Shown in pieces: positions 1 through 12,659 of a stretch of 64,000 bases of DNA (position 1 is its first letter; every line of letters starts with the position of its first letter). The stretch is from assembly GCA_937896365.1 (NCBI GenBank), contig CALBMH010000001.1, positions 10,805 to 74,804 on the forward strand. The letters run 5' to 3'. Position numbers and translations under genes: made by a program. Source of the stretch: an uncultured Alphaproteobacteria bacterium (lineage in GTDB: Bacteria > Pseudomonadota > Alphaproteobacteria > Paracaedibacterales > JAKBAR01). The notes below the pieces were generated by a model that saw only the letters and a program-made list of their open reading frames with translations, was not told the origin of the DNA and made no database searches.

Positions 1-578
1 CCTCTTGGGATACGTCTTTTAAAGGAAATTCCCTGTTTATAACGATTAATGTCTCTGGGCGTCAATTAGAAAAAGTCGACATCATCGAGACTCTCATAAA
101 AACAGCAAAAAAATGGAAGATTAATCCGTCACGTATCAAATGTGAAGTCACAGAAACGGCACTCATTACATCAGGGGATCAAGCCGTATGGATCTTGAGA
201 GAAATTAAAAAACATGGTTTTCATTTAGCCATCGATGATTTTGGTATGGGCCACTCATCGTTGAGTACACTCTACCAATATCCCTTTGATACGCTCAAGA
301 TTGATAGGCTTTTTCTAAGCGACATTACGTCCAACAAAAAATCCCAAAGTATGGTCAAATCTATTAATATTCTTGCAAAGTCCCTACATATGAAAACGGT
401 CGCAGAAGGTGTTGAACATGAAGATCAAGTCAATTATCTCAAACATCTGGGGTGTGACTACATTCAAGGATACTATTTTAGTAAACCTCAAGAAAGCATA
501 GCCACTGAAGCTTTTATCAAGCGTTGGAACCTAACAAACAGAAATGAGAAGGGAGAGAAGCACAAAAAGTTTTCATAA
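1..578 (+). CDS. EAL-domain c-di-GMP phosphodiesterase, C-terminal part (5' end lies outside window)
   Basis: Frame 3 is open from the window edge. The translation carries the ordered EAL-domain motifs INVSGRQL, EVTETAL, DDFGMGHSSL, KIDRLF, AEGVEHEDQ and QGYYFSKP. Confidence 0.85.
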   Translation, partial: SWDTSFKGNSLFITINVSGRQLEKVDIIETLIKTAKKWKINPSRIKCEVTETALITSGDQAVWILREIKKHGFHLAIDDFGMGHSSLSTLYQYPFDTLKIDRLFLSDITSNKKSQSMVKSINILAKSLHMKTVAEGVEHEDQVNYLKHLGCDYIQGYYFSKPQESIATEAFIKRWNLTNRNEKGEKHKKFS

Positions 579-703
579 AATACTTTTTAGTGTGATCTAT
601 TGAATTTTCATAAAATTATTCTACTTATTCCCGTGGAGGAGAAATGTACGCTGAGCCCTTGCAGAGATTAGTGGTTCAGCGTCGATACGGGGAGTATTGA
701 AAC

Positions 704-1972
704 ATGTCTGCAACAATCTTTGGCACTTTGGGAAATGATTCCCTAAGCACGCTCTCTTCTCAAACAGATGGAGCGCTCGTTTTCGCAAATGATGGAAATG
801 ATACAGTTGTTCTGCGCAGTCTAACCACCCTTGCCCCTACGGACGTGAATGTGGTCTACGGTGGCAATGGGAATGACGATATTTTTGTCTACAATTCGGG
901 AACAGGATCGCGGGCCCATCTTCATGGTGAAGCTGGCAGAGATGTCCTTATCAGCAACAGCACAGAAAATGGCCTCGTCAACAGCCCCTTGGGCGCCTTT
1001 GTCCAAGGCATCTCAGGGGGAACTGGATCGGATATCATGAAGATATTTAATCCATCGCTTTCAGCAACATCAACCTCGACGTTTCTTTCTGACACACGGC
1101 TTTTCAAGAATCCTACCACTGGAACACTTGCAGAAAATGGCTACGTCGGAACAAAGAGCTTTTTGGAAGGGGGTCGAGACGTTGCCCATGGAAGCGATAA
1201 AATTAGTGACACAGACATCCTAGAGCTACGTGGTTTTGGATGGTCGATACAGTTGGATAATGGAGCTGTGTTGCCTGCTGCGGTTTTAACCGCCCCGAAT
1301 ATAACAGATTACATACTCACAGGGGTCAAGAGCGGTTTAGCCATGGCTTACCTGACGAACTCTTCTAATGCCGCCGAAAATGGCCTTCATGTCATGGCTT
1401 TTGATAATATTGAAAAGATCCGTTTCTTTGATGGGGGCATTGGTGGGTCGAATGATAACCTCACCTATAATCTTTCTAATTCAACGACCTCCGTCAATCC
1501 TCTTTCTGTCCTGAGCGCCAATCACAGTGGCATGGTCCAGGGGAGTGAAGCTGTAACGATAGGAACTAATGGAGGAGGCAGCTTCAACACGACTCCTGGC
1601 TCCATCAATGATGTTGTGATGATGGGGGCAGGAAATAAAACGGTCAATGTGTTTGACGGTGAAAACGTTATTATTATGGGCAATGGCACCCAAACAGTGA
1701 CTGGCGGTATTCATTCAGATACATTTGTTGTAAGAAGTGATGTCAACATTGCTGCAGCAAAAACGCTGACAATGCAAGGCGGCGCAGGGGAAGACTGGCT
1801 TGACATATCAGGGTTAAACCAAACTTCTCTTAGTCTAGTGACAAATCTTGGCACATTTACTTTTACAGGGGTGAGTGGTGGCACGTTCATCCCACCGAGC
1901 CCCATTGACGGCAGCTCAACGATTGGTGCGACAAACATTGCTTTTACGAGCATTGAAAAGATCATTTTTTAA
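704..1972 (+). CDS. RTX-like repeat protein (hemolysin-type calcium-binding nonapeptides), probable secreted protein
   Basis: At least six GGxGxD-type nonapeptides are present: GTLGNDSLS, ANDGNDTVV, GGNGNDDIF, GEAGRDVLI, GGTGSDIMK and GGAGEDWLD. The protein is Gly/Asn/Thr/Ser-rich with no Cys and no N-terminal signal peptide. A repeated IEKI(R/I)F motif occurs, including at the extreme C-terminus. Confidence 0.7.
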   Translation: MSATIFGTLGNDSLSTLSSQTDGALVFANDGNDTVVLRSLTTLAPTDVNVVYGGNGNDDIFVYNSGTGSRAHLHGEAGRDVLISNSTENGLVNSPLGAFVQGISGGTGSDIMKIFNPSLSATSTSTFLSDTRLFKNPTTGTLAENGYVGTKSFLEGGRDVAHGSDKISDTDILELRGFGWSIQLDNGAVLPAAVLTAPNITDYILTGVKSGLAMAYLTNSSNAAENGLHVMAFDNIEKIRFFDGGIGGSNDNLTYNLSNSTTSVNPLSVLSANHSGMVQGSEAVTIGTNGGGSFNTTPGSINDVVMMGAGNKTVNVFDGENVIIMGNGTQTVTGGIHSDTFVVRSDVNIAAAKTLTMQGGAGEDWLDISGLNQTSLSLVTNLGTFTFTGVSGGTFIPPSPIDGSSTIGATNIAFTSIEKIIF

Positions 1973-2361
1973 ATGTGCTCGACTTTTTCACTCCTCACCT
2001 CTTTCTAGAAGGTGGGGGGTGTTGTATCCGTAATGTGAACTGAGAACACTAGAACCTGGATCTCTTTCCGTGCCACTTTTTCAAGGATGAGGAGATCCTA
2101 TTCGTAGAAGAAGTGTTCCTTTTTGTATTCCATGGCAGAGTCTTAACTTTCATGACCTTAAGAGCGGCATGTTCACACGATTTTTCCCGAGGATAGTAGT
2201 TCTCATCCCCCCTCGTTTGGGGCACCCCACCCCATACCCTAGCAAAAGGTTAAAGCTAGAAAGAAAGAGGGGGATCAAAAAGAGAGGATGTAAAAATCTT
2301 TCGCTTTTTAATACACAATTAACCTGAAGCTGCTATGCTATTTACATAAAATTTTACCAAA

Positions 2362-3153
2362 GTGCCTTCCATGACCGCCCTTCGTTTACCAGAAAATTCG
2401 CGCATTCTTAAAGGGAAGAAATGGGTTGACAAGACTCTCACAGGGAATGAAAAAACGCATCAGGTAACTGTCTACCGGTACCATCCTGAAAGTGAAGAGA
2501 ACCCCCACTACGACACATTCACGGTGAACGCCGAAAAGTGTGGCCCCATGGTACTCGACGCACTCATCTACATCAAAGATCACATTGACAGCACGCTGAC
2601 ATTCAGACGCTCCTGCCGTGAAGGTATCTGCGGGAGCTGTGCGATGAATGTGTGTGGCACAAACACCCTTGCATGCACCCGTTTTATCAGCACGTACAAG
2701 GGGAATCTCCATATTACGCCATTGCCCCACATGCCGGTGGTAAAGGACTTAGTGCCTGATTTGCGCAGTGCTTACCAGCAATATACACGCATAAAACCGT
2801 GGATGCAAAGTGATAAAGCGACATCGCGTGAGCGTCTCCAATCCCCCCAAAACCGTTCGAAATTGGATGGCTTATGGGAGTGCGTACTGTGCTTTTCTTG
2901 TTCAACAGCATGCCCCAGTTATTGGTGGAATAGCGACACGTACCTGGGTCCAGCAATACTCCTTCAAGCTTATCGATGGATTGCCGATTCCCGTGATGAA
3001 AAAACCCAAGAGCGTCTCGATGCCCTAAATGATAGCTTTAAGCTCTACCGCTGCCATACCATTATGAACTGTACGAAAACATGTCCCAAAGGACTTAATC
3101 CCGCCAAAGCGATCGCTGCTATCAAAGAGAAGATTGCTGAGACGAATTCATAA
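2362..3153 (+). CDS. sdhB: succinate dehydrogenase iron-sulfur subunit
   Basis: Three Fe-S cluster Cys motifs are present: [27 protein letters not shown] and [17 protein letters not shown]. The length of 263 aa is typical. The start could be GTG 2362 or ATG 2371. Confidence 0.95.
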   Translation: MPSMTALRLPENSRILKGKKWVDKTLTGNEKTHQVTVYRYHPESEENPHYDTFTVNAEKCGPMVLDALIYIKDHIDSTLTFRRSCREGICGSCAMNVCGTNTLACTRFISTYKGNLHITPLPHMPVVKDLVPDLRSAYQQYTRIKPWMQSDKATSRERLQSPQNRSKLDGLWECVLCFSCSTACPSYWWNSDTYLGPAILLQAYRWIADSRDEKTQERLDALNDSFKLYRCHTIMNCTKTCPKGLNPAKAIAAIKEKIAETNS

Positions 3154-3160
3154 GAAAACG

Positions 3161-3835
3161 TCAATGCCAATGGAATTGTGAGCATAACACCTTAAACGAT
3201 TGCCAATCTGCTACACTCACATCGGGCTCATGCTCAACCATGCCAAAACCAATAGAATAGCACCCCGCATTACGGGCAGTTTCATGGTCAACAGGAGAAT
3301 CGCCAATAAACCAAATATTGGAACTAGCGTCTAAGCGCATTTCAGATAAAGCGTGAAGCAGAGGAGCCGCACTGGGCTTTGGACCCACAACATCAGGTCC
3401 TACAACGGCCTTAAAATAATGATCCCATCCCAATGTCGTTATTTCATGTTTAAGAAAGGCGGATGATTTATTACTCACAACGCCCATGGGAATACCCTTC
3501 ATTTTTAGACTTTTAAGTGTCGTTTCAGCTCCTGGAAGAGGGTTGATCTCATGAATAAACGTCGTGCCATAGGTTGTGAGGAAATACTCACGCGCCCTAA
3601 GGCCTCTGTCTTCCCCCATGACATCGATGAAAGTTTGCTGACCACCTCGTACTGCTTTTTCTCGGCAAACCTTCTCATTCATCAACTTAGTGAGCGTATA
3701 ACCAAACAGAGCAAAGGTCTCTTGATACAGCCGCCACAAAAAAGGCCATGTGTCAACCAACGTATCATCCCAGTCAAAAATAATCGCCCGAGGCGCTGTT
3801 AGCACGAGCAAACTATTTTCCATCTTCGCTTTCAA
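3161..3835 (-). CDS. HAD-superfamily hydrolase (phosphoglycolate phosphatase-like)
   Basis: HAD motif I is [10 protein letters not shown], motif II is VVSNKS, and motif IV is [14 protein letters not shown]. The start overlaps the secA 3' end by 23 nt. Confidence 0.75.
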   Translation of the reverse strand: MKAKMENSLLVLTAPRAIIFDWDDTLVDTWPFLWRLYQETFALFGYTLTKLMNEKVCREKAVRGGQQTFIDVMGEDRGLRAREYFLTTYGTTFIHEINPLPGAETTLKSLKMKGIPMGVVSNKSSAFLKHEITTLGWDHYFKAVVGPDVVGPKPSAAPLLHALSEMRLDASSNIWFIGDSPVDHETARNAGCYSIGFGMVEHEPDVSVADWQSFKVLCSQFHWH

Positions 3836-6722
3836 GTATCAAGCTTCCATGACAGTGCTTATATTTTTTTCCACTCGAACAAGGACAATCCGCATTACGC
3901 TGAACCATACCCCAGGTGGAGGGATCTTTCTGATCAAGTGTTTTTATCTTCTTGGAGGACGCTTTTTTTAGTTTCTTAGAGACTTCTTCTCTCTTAGATA
4001 GCATTGTATCAGCATTGGCTGCTTTAAGGGGTTTGCGACCACCAGTAGACGCCGGCTTTGTTTTCTTCACAATTTCAGGTTCCGGGTGTGGTACTGCATC
4101 CAAAATATGCGTCATTGGATCTGCTAACTGGGATGGTATGGCTGTAACAAGCTCCTCATCATTACGAATCCAATTCGGCAGAAGCTCGGCTAAATCCGAT
4201 AAATCCATATCAGGCGTCAGTAAATCCGAGAGCGACTGAGGCGTTGTATGAGACATATCAAAACGAGAAAGAATTCCTGCCACATCCTCACGCAAATGAC
4301 GTAGCATCACATGAAAGAGATTGAAAGCTTCACGTTTGTACTCGTTAAGAGGATTGTTTTGAGCATAGGCACGTAAATTAATCCCCTGGCGTAAGTGATC
4401 AAGGACGAGAAGATGTTCTTTCCAAACAGTATCAAGGGTACGCAGAACAACAGATTTTTCCGCATTGCGTAGGTTCTCAGCACCGCTCGCTTTCTCTTTT
4501 GCTTGATACGAACGAGTGGTTTCAGCACGTATTTTTTCCCGTATGTCAATGTCACTCATAACATCGGATTTGGCCCATTTTTTAACATCGAGGTGTAGAC
4601 CAAAGACACGTTCCACAGCTCTTTGAAGCCCCTCAAGATCCCACTCCTCAACAAGGGTATTTTCTGGAATATGATCATTCACAAGATCATCAACCACTTC
4701 ATGACGCATCGCTTCAACCATAGCGGAAATATCTTCTGACGCCATAATTTCAAGACGTTGTTGATAGACAACTTTGCGCTGATCGCTCATCACATCATCA
4801 TAGCGTAGCAAGTGCTTGCGAATATCGAAGTTGCGTGCCTCAACTTTTTGTTGCGCACGTTGTAAAGCTTTACTAATCCAACTATGCGAAATAGCTTCCC
4901 CCTCTTTAACACCCAGACGACGGAGCATACTATCCAAGCGCTCAGAACCAAAAATCCGCATGAGATCATCTTCAAGGGAGACATAAAATTTTGATCCTCC
5001 GGAATCACCTTGACGACCCGAACGACCACGCAGTTGATTATCAATACGACGGCTTTCGTGGCGCTCTGTGCCAATAACAAAAAGCCCCCCCGCTTTCTTC
5101 ACAGTCTCTTCATCTAAGGCATGCTGTGCCCGAATTTCCTGTTCACGCTCAAGACGAAGTTTCTCATCATCAATATGTCTTAGCTCTTGCTCAAGGCGCA
5201 TGTCGAGGTTGCCACCAAGCTTGATGTCCGTACCGCGCCCTGCCATGTTGGTGGCAATGGTCACAGCACCGGGGCATCCTGCTTGGGAGATAATCAAGGA
5301 TTCCTGTTCATGATGACGTGCGTTGAGCACTTGATGGGGAATACGCTGCTCTTTAAGAAGTTTCGAGAGATGCTCGGATTTTTCAATGCTAATAGTTCCT
5401 ACAAGAACGGGTTGCCTTCGATCATGGCATTCCTGAATAAGGTTAATAACAGCCTCATATTTTTCCTTAGCTGTGAGATACACGTCATCTTCATGATCAA
5501 TACGTCTCACAGGAACATTTGTTGGGATTTCAGCAACGTGGAGCTTATAAATCTCTTCAAACTCTGCAGCCTCTGTCATCGCAGTGCCCGTCATACACCC
5601 GAGTTTTTTATAAAGACGAAAATAATTTTGATATGTAATGGAGGCAAGGGTCTGGTTCTCCATTTCAATCTCAACATCCTCCTTCGCTTCGAGGGCTTGA
5701 TGCAGACCATCAGAATATCGCCGACCATCCATCATACGCCCCGTAAACTCATCAATAATGACAACCTTGCCGTCTTTCACAATATAATCCACATCCCGTG
5801 CAAACATTTTATGGGCTCTAAGAGCGGAGTTGATATGGTGAACAATACTAATGTTTTGAACATCATAAAGTGTCTCTCCACGGAGCATTCCCGCATCCCT
5901 TAGGAGGTTTTCCATCTTTTCAATACCCGCATCGGTGAGCATCACATTTTTTTGCTTCTCATCCTTTTCGAAGTCACCACCCTCCAATTTTCGAATCAGC
6001 ACATCGATTTTTTGATACAGATCAGAGGAATCCTCAGCTGAACCAGAGATAATAAGAGGGGTACGGGCTTCGTCAATGAGAATACTATCCGCCTCGTCAA
6101 CAATGGCGAAGTTAAAGGGGCGCTGGACCATATCACCAAGGCGAAATTTCATATTATCACGTAAGTAGTCAAAACCGAACTCATGGTTCGTACCATAGGT
6201 GACATCACACGCGTAAGCATCGCGGCGTTCACGATCCGAAAACCCATGAACGATACATCCAACACTCAATCCCAGAAAGTTATAAAGCTTACCTGCCCAT
6301 GTCGCGTCACGGGTGGCAAGATAATCATTGACAGTGACAAGATGAACGCCCTTACCTTCTAATGCATTCAAGTACACGGCCAGCGTCGCAACGAAGGTCT
6401 TACCTTCTCCGGTTTTCATTTCAGAGATCATCCCCTTGTGAAGAACAATCCCACCAATCATCTGCACATCAAAAAGACGCATGCCATACACACGCTTCCC
6501 GGCTTCTCTAACCACAGCAAAAGCTTCGACAAGAATATTATCGAGCGTTTCTCCTTCGACAAAGCGCTTTTTAAACTCAGAGGTTTTATTTTGGAGCTGC
6601 TCATCAGTGAGATTCTCGTAAGAGGGCTCAAGAGCTCTGATCTGTTCCACTGTCTTATGTGTTTTTTTAAGAAACCGATCGTTCGCAGATCCGAAGATAG
6701 TTTTTAAAAGATTGCCTAACAT
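3813..6722 (-). CDS. secA: preprotein translocase ATPase SecA
   Basis: Walker A is MKTGEGKT and the DEAD-like box is [19 protein letters not shown]. The C-terminal zinc finger is [14 protein letters not shown]. The product is 969 aa. Confidence 0.97.
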   Translation of the reverse strand: MLGNLLKTIFGSANDRFLKKTHKTVEQIRALEPSYENLTDEQLQNKTSEFKKRFVEGETLDNILVEAFAVVREAGKRVYGMRLFDVQMIGGIVLHKGMISEMKTGEGKTFVATLAVYLNALEGKGVHLVTVNDYLATRDATWAGKLYNFLGLSVGCIVHGFSDRERRDAYACDVTYGTNHEFGFDYLRDNMKFRLGDMVQRPFNFAIVDEADSILIDEARTPLIISGSAEDSSDLYQKIDVLIRKLEGGDFEKDEKQKNVMLTDAGIEKMENLLRDAGMLRGETLYDVQNISIVHHINSALRAHKMFARDVDYIVKDGKVVIIDEFTGRMMDGRRYSDGLHQALEAKEDVEIEMENQTLASITYQNYFRLYKKLGCMTGTAMTEAAEFEEIYKLHVAEIPTNVPVRRIDHEDDVYLTAKEKYEAVINLIQECHDRRQPVLVGTISIEKSEHLSKLLKEQRIPHQVLNARHHEQESLIISQAGCPGAVTIATNMAGRGTDIKLGGNLDMRLEQELRHIDDEKLRLEREQEIRAQHALDEETVKKAGGLFVIGTERHESRRIDNQLRGRSGRQGDSGGSKFYVSLEDDLMRIFGSERLDSMLRRLGVKEGEAISHSWISKALQRAQQKVEARNFDIRKHLLRYDDVMSDQRKVVYQQRLEIMASEDISAMVEAMRHEVVDDLVNDHIPENTLVEEWDLEGLQRAVERVFGLHLDVKKWAKSDVMSDIDIREKIRAETTRSYQAKEKASGAENLRNAEKSVVLRTLDTVWKEHLLVLDHLRQGINLRAYAQNNPLNEYKREAFNLFHVMLRHLREDVAGILSRFDMSHTTPQSLSDLLTPDMDLSDLAELLPNWIRNDEELVTAIPSQLADPMTHILDAVPHPEPEIVKKTKPASTGGRKPLKAANADTMLSKREEVSKKLKKASSKKIKTLDQKDPSTWGMVQRNADCPCSSGKKYKHCHGSLILESEDGK

Positions 6723-6869
6723 TCAATAAAGTCCTCTAAGTTCTTGCTGTCTATGTGTAAAAATACGAAACTATTTCGTGGGAAGGATCTTTTCCCTCTT
6801 GCCCTTATTTTAATTGTGTCCTAGAAAAGACTCAATGGCCTTAATATTTTTAACAAAGGAAATCGATTG

Positions 6870-8033
6870 ATGCGAGCCTTTTTATCATCGTCCAAACTAC
6901 TGGTACTTTTTCTGACAGTGGCTTTACCCTTAGTATTAACAGGATGCAACGAAGAAAAGGTAGGAGAGAAGAAAGAGGAAAAGAAAAAAACGGAGGCACC
7001 AGCTGCTCCTAAAAAAGAAGAAAAGAAAGCTGAACAGCCTAAAAAATCTGCTCAAAATTTCAAACTTGACCAAGAACCTGACGAGCCCGCCCTCGCAACC
7101 CTTCTAAAACTCGATCCAAACCACGTTGTTGCCCGCGTTGAGGGGGAAGAGATCACCATTGCGCAACTCATTGAAGCGGTTAAGTCTTCTCCGGATCAAA
7201 TCAAGAGTCTACCTCTCTCTAAAATATATACATCTATGGTGAAACGTCTGCGTGATATGCACGCCCTCGTGAAAGCGTCGGCAAAAGCAGGTGTTGATAA
7301 GATCGCTGACGTACAAAAGAAAATCCAAGAGGCCTCAGATGCTGTGAAAGTAAAGCATTTCGTTGATGAAAAAATGAGTGCAAAAATCACACCTGAGTTC
7401 CTCAAAAAGCAGTTTGATGAATTTATGAAGGTTTACAAAAAAGACGGGAAATCTGAAAAAGAGTTTCGCCTTATGGTAGCCATTGTTAAGGATAAAAAGT
7501 CTGCCGAGGATGTCTTGTTGCGCGTAAAGAAAGGTGAGAAGTTCGAGGATCTCGTAATGGAGGTATCCACCGATGATAAGGTGAAAGAGACCAAAGGTGA
7601 GCTCGGCTATGTGCGTTTTAGTGAACTTCCAAAAGAGCTTGCTGAGAAAGTCCAAAAAGCAGCAACCGGGGTTATTGTGGACTCCGCCATTGAATTGGGT
7701 AAAGACAAGTGGGCTGTCTTCAAGAAAATGGATCAGCGGGACGTACCTGACCCAACCTTTGAGGAAGTGGCACCTGATCTAAAGAAAGTCGTAATGCCAC
7801 AGTTCTTCAGCGAAGTTCTCGCCGATGTTCTTAAAGAGACAACATCCGAAATCATTGACTATAAAACCGGTCAACCTATGGATGAGAAGGCTGAAGAAGC
7901 GAAAGCCAAAGCAGAGATTGAAAAAACGGAAAAAGCTTCAAAGGCGCCTTCCTCCGACGATTCCAAAGCACCTCTTGATGCGTCGAAGAAAGGTGATAAA
8001 AGCTCAACCCCAATAGCCAAACCATCTGCTTAA
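6870..8033 (+). CDS. parvulin-type peptidyl-prolyl isomerase lipoprotein (SurA/PrsA-like)
   Basis: A signal peptide with lipobox LTGC is followed by a Lys/Glu-rich linker. A PpiC-type segment follows (FRLMVAIV..KKSAEDVL..KKGEKFEDL..ELGYV). An ATG at 6870 follows an in-frame TTG at 6867. Confidence 0.7.
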   Translation: MRAFLSSSKLLVLFLTVALPLVLTGCNEEKVGEKKEEKKKTEAPAAPKKEEKKAEQPKKSAQNFKLDQEPDEPALATLLKLDPNHVVARVEGEEITIAQLIEAVKSSPDQIKSLPLSKIYTSMVKRLRDMHALVKASAKAGVDKIADVQKKIQEASDAVKVKHFVDEKMSAKITPEFLKKQFDEFMKVYKKDGKSEKEFRLMVAIVKDKKSAEDVLLRVKKGEKFEDLVMEVSTDDKVKETKGELGYVRFSELPKELAEKVQKAATGVIVDSAIELGKDKWAVFKKMDQRDVPDPTFEEVAPDLKKVVMPQFFSEVLADVLKETTSEIIDYKTGQPMDEKAEEAKAKAEIEKTEKASKAPSSDDSKAPLDASKKGDKSSTPIAKPSA

Positions 8034-8056
8034 CCCTTAATCTATACCAGAGGTCT

Positions 8057-8086
8057 ATAAACCCCGGGGGCTCTCCCGGGGTTTAT
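8057..8086 (+). terminator. stem-loop downstream of the PPIase gene, probable intrinsic terminator
   Basis: AAACCCCGGG (8059-8068) pairs perfectly with CCCGGGGTTT (8075-8084) around a 6-nt loop. Flanking A-T pairs extend the stem. The downstream tail (TGTTTCT) is only moderately T-rich. Confidence 0.55.
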
Positions 8087-8107
8087 GTTTCTAAGGAAAT
8101 CTTCCTC

Positions 8108-8620
8108 TTACTTGATCGTGTTTATATTAATATAGGCTGCTGCCTTAGGATTCTTTTCTAATGCTTGGATGAGCTCCTTTTTTGTTGTCTTAACAGTCAT
8201 TTAATCGATCTTTGTTTGAAGATAAGCATCTTTCAAAAAGTCTTCCCCATCTTTTAACACGGATTCTTTAAGATTCTTCCCACCAAATATGCATTCGCCC
8301 AAAGCAAACAATTTCCGCACATCTCTCAGACCCGTCATGGTGACTGTGAAATTTCTATGTTCTGTGTTTTCTATCTGAGTCCCTCCCCAAAGAGGAACGC
8401 TTCCTTATTGGGGTAAAACAAAATGATTTCTGTTTCTGACTTATCCTTAATTGCTTGAAGGACTTGGTCTTTTAGATCCAATGGAGCAGCAGATGCAGCA
8501 GAGTCATCGTTAGTCACAGTTGTAGACATTCCTGCCCCTATTGCGTAAGATGCGACGTATAAAAAAACCTACCCCCCACAAAATATATTGTTTATAGTAG
8601 TGACTTGATGACTTAATCAT
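8108..8620 (-). pseudogene. decayed gene of unknown function (envelope protein remnant)
   Basis: The minus strand yields four collinear short reading segments in different frames or split by stops. They are MIKSSSHYYKQYILWGVGFF.., (Y)VASYAIGAGMSTTVTNDDSAASAAPLDLKDQVLQAIKDKSETEIILFYPNKEAFLFGEGLR*, MTGLRDVRKLFALGECIFGGKNLKESVLKDGEDFLKDAYLQTKID* and MTVKTTKKELIQALEKNPKAAAYININTIK*. The first frame break sits at a G6/T7 homopolymer pair. No ORF of 60 aa or more exists across 660 bp. Confidence 0.4.
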
Positions 8621-8694
8621 GGTGTTTCCTAATCATTACTAAGTACATAGCACACGTCTTAGTCTCTTATAAATAGATTAACAAGTGATTAAAA

Positions 8695-9123
8695 ATGCTC
8701 AAAAAAGAACGCGTTATGATGAAAATAATGACAGTTGCCGCTGCTGTTTTACAAAATAGGAATGGTTGTGTTCTTCTCACACGCCGTCCTGATAACAAAC
8801 CCTACCCAGGATTGTACGAGTTTCCGGGTGGGAAGATCGAAGTGGGCGAGCGCCCAGAAGAAGCTCTCCAAAGAGAACTTTTTGAGGAACTTCATCTTTT
8901 TGTCCCCATTGATAGCATGAAGCCTCTGACTTTTGTGAGCTACACCTATCCCCAATATCATGTGATTCTCTTACTGTACCTTATTCGGCAATGGACCGGT
9001 GAGATGCTCATGAAGGAAAATCAAAAAGGATACATCTGGACAAACGTCGGAAGTCTGGATACTCTTCCTCCCCTACTCCCAGCCAACGAAGGTCTGCTAG
9101 AGACTCTTCAAAAATACCTATAA
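8695..9123 (+). CDS. mutT: Nudix hydrolase, MutT-like (8-oxo-dGTP diphosphatase family)
   Basis: A canonical Nudix box is present: GGKIEVGERPEEALQRELFEELHL. The product is about 130-142 aa. The start is ambiguous among Met 1, 8, 9 and 12. Confidence 0.8.
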   Translation: MLKKERVMMKIMTVAAAVLQNRNGCVLLTRRPDNKPYPGLYEFPGGKIEVGERPEEALQRELFEELHLFVPIDSMKPLTFVSYTYPQYHVILLLYLIRQWTGEMLMKENQKGYIWTNVGSLDTLPPLLPANEGLLETLQKYL

Positions 9124-9191
9124 ACTTGAGATAATCGGACGGAGGTCCTTCAACTTCTTAGATGTATGATAGTAGGAGAAGTTGTTCCCTT

Positions 9192-10231
9192 TTAATCCTC
9201 TATCTCTGCAAATTTAAGCAGTGTAATGGGAGGGACAAGACCAATATTTTCATAAGTGGATTTAGAAATAAGGATAGAAAAGCGCGATAGCCTTTCATAC
9301 GGAATGGTCGCTGGGTCTTTCTTATTGATCAAAATCTCGTAAGCTTTAAAACCCGCAAAGGCACCCACATTAATAAACTTACTAATCATGCCTATCAAAG
9401 GTTTCTCATTCCAATAAAGGGATTCTGTCGAAGCAAATGTAGGTATTTTTAAACGATTAGCAGCCCCAATAAGCTTAGAAGAATGATGGGATACAAATGT
9501 ATCAGCAGGTATATATATAAAATCCACTTTGAAGGTATGGGCTTTAAGAACAAGTTCTATAATTCGGTTTGCATCAGCTTTTTTATCTGAAAGAGGAATA
9601 GGAAGATTTAGAATTTTTATACCTTTTCTTTCAGCAGCCATGCTGAATGCTTCTACTTGAATAACAGAATTTGTCTCGTCTGGATTGTAGATAACGGCGA
9701 TAGTCCTTGTATCTCTTTTGTAAAAAAGAATTGTATTGAGTTGCGCTTCAACAGGTGCAACATGATTAACCCCTGTCACATTGCGTCCCGGAGTATCAAG
9801 ATTTTTGATAATATTTGCGTTCACAGGATCTGTTACAATGACGCTAATGATAGGGATATCCCAAATATAATCATCTTTAGGCTGAGTTATTTTTCCTGCT
9901 ATTTCCTCACAGGCAGGTGTACCCCAAACATAAATGAGGTCTGGCTTCATTTCCCGTATTTCAGGAATAAAACCATGACACCGTACCCTGTCGCCCTTAC
10001 AGTCTCTTGTAAAAACATCAAATTTGATATTTTTTCTTTTCAAATAGGCAATAAAGCCTTTTTCAAGATCTGTTGGGCCATCCCAAAGCACCATATAGAG
10101 ACGAAAAGTCTTATCACAAAGGGTCGCCTCGAGGCATGAGCATGAAGCCCCCATTAAACCACAGTGAATGTTAATGTTTAAGACAATGCAGACTACGGCA
10201 AGAAGAACATTTCGTACGATAAAGCGTATCA

Positions 10232-10232
<1 letters not shown>
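9192..10232 (-). CDS. ABC-transporter substrate-binding protein (ABC_sub_bind / PF04392-like), orphan
   Basis: It has an N-terminal hydrophobic signal. Family-typical stretches are NVTGV, IAVIYNPDETNS..QVEAF, KGIKILNLPI, VDFIYIPADTFV, KIPTFAS and NIGLVPPITLLKFAEI. No permease or ATPase gene is adjacent. Its ATG overlaps the atpD stop (TAATG). Confidence 0.6.

Positions 10233-12659
<2,427 letters not shown>

Noticed and set aside
5187-5903. 238-aa plus-strand ORF, along with other 80-95-aa ORFs, inside secA
   Set aside because: It is entirely antisense to the strongly supported secA CDS. It has low-complexity composition and no motifs. It is a typical shadow ORF.
9657-10139. 160-aa plus-strand ORF opposite the substrate-binding protein gene
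   Set aside because: It is antisense to a CDS with clear family-typical motifs. It is Cys/Asn/Ile-rich and has no recognisable domain.
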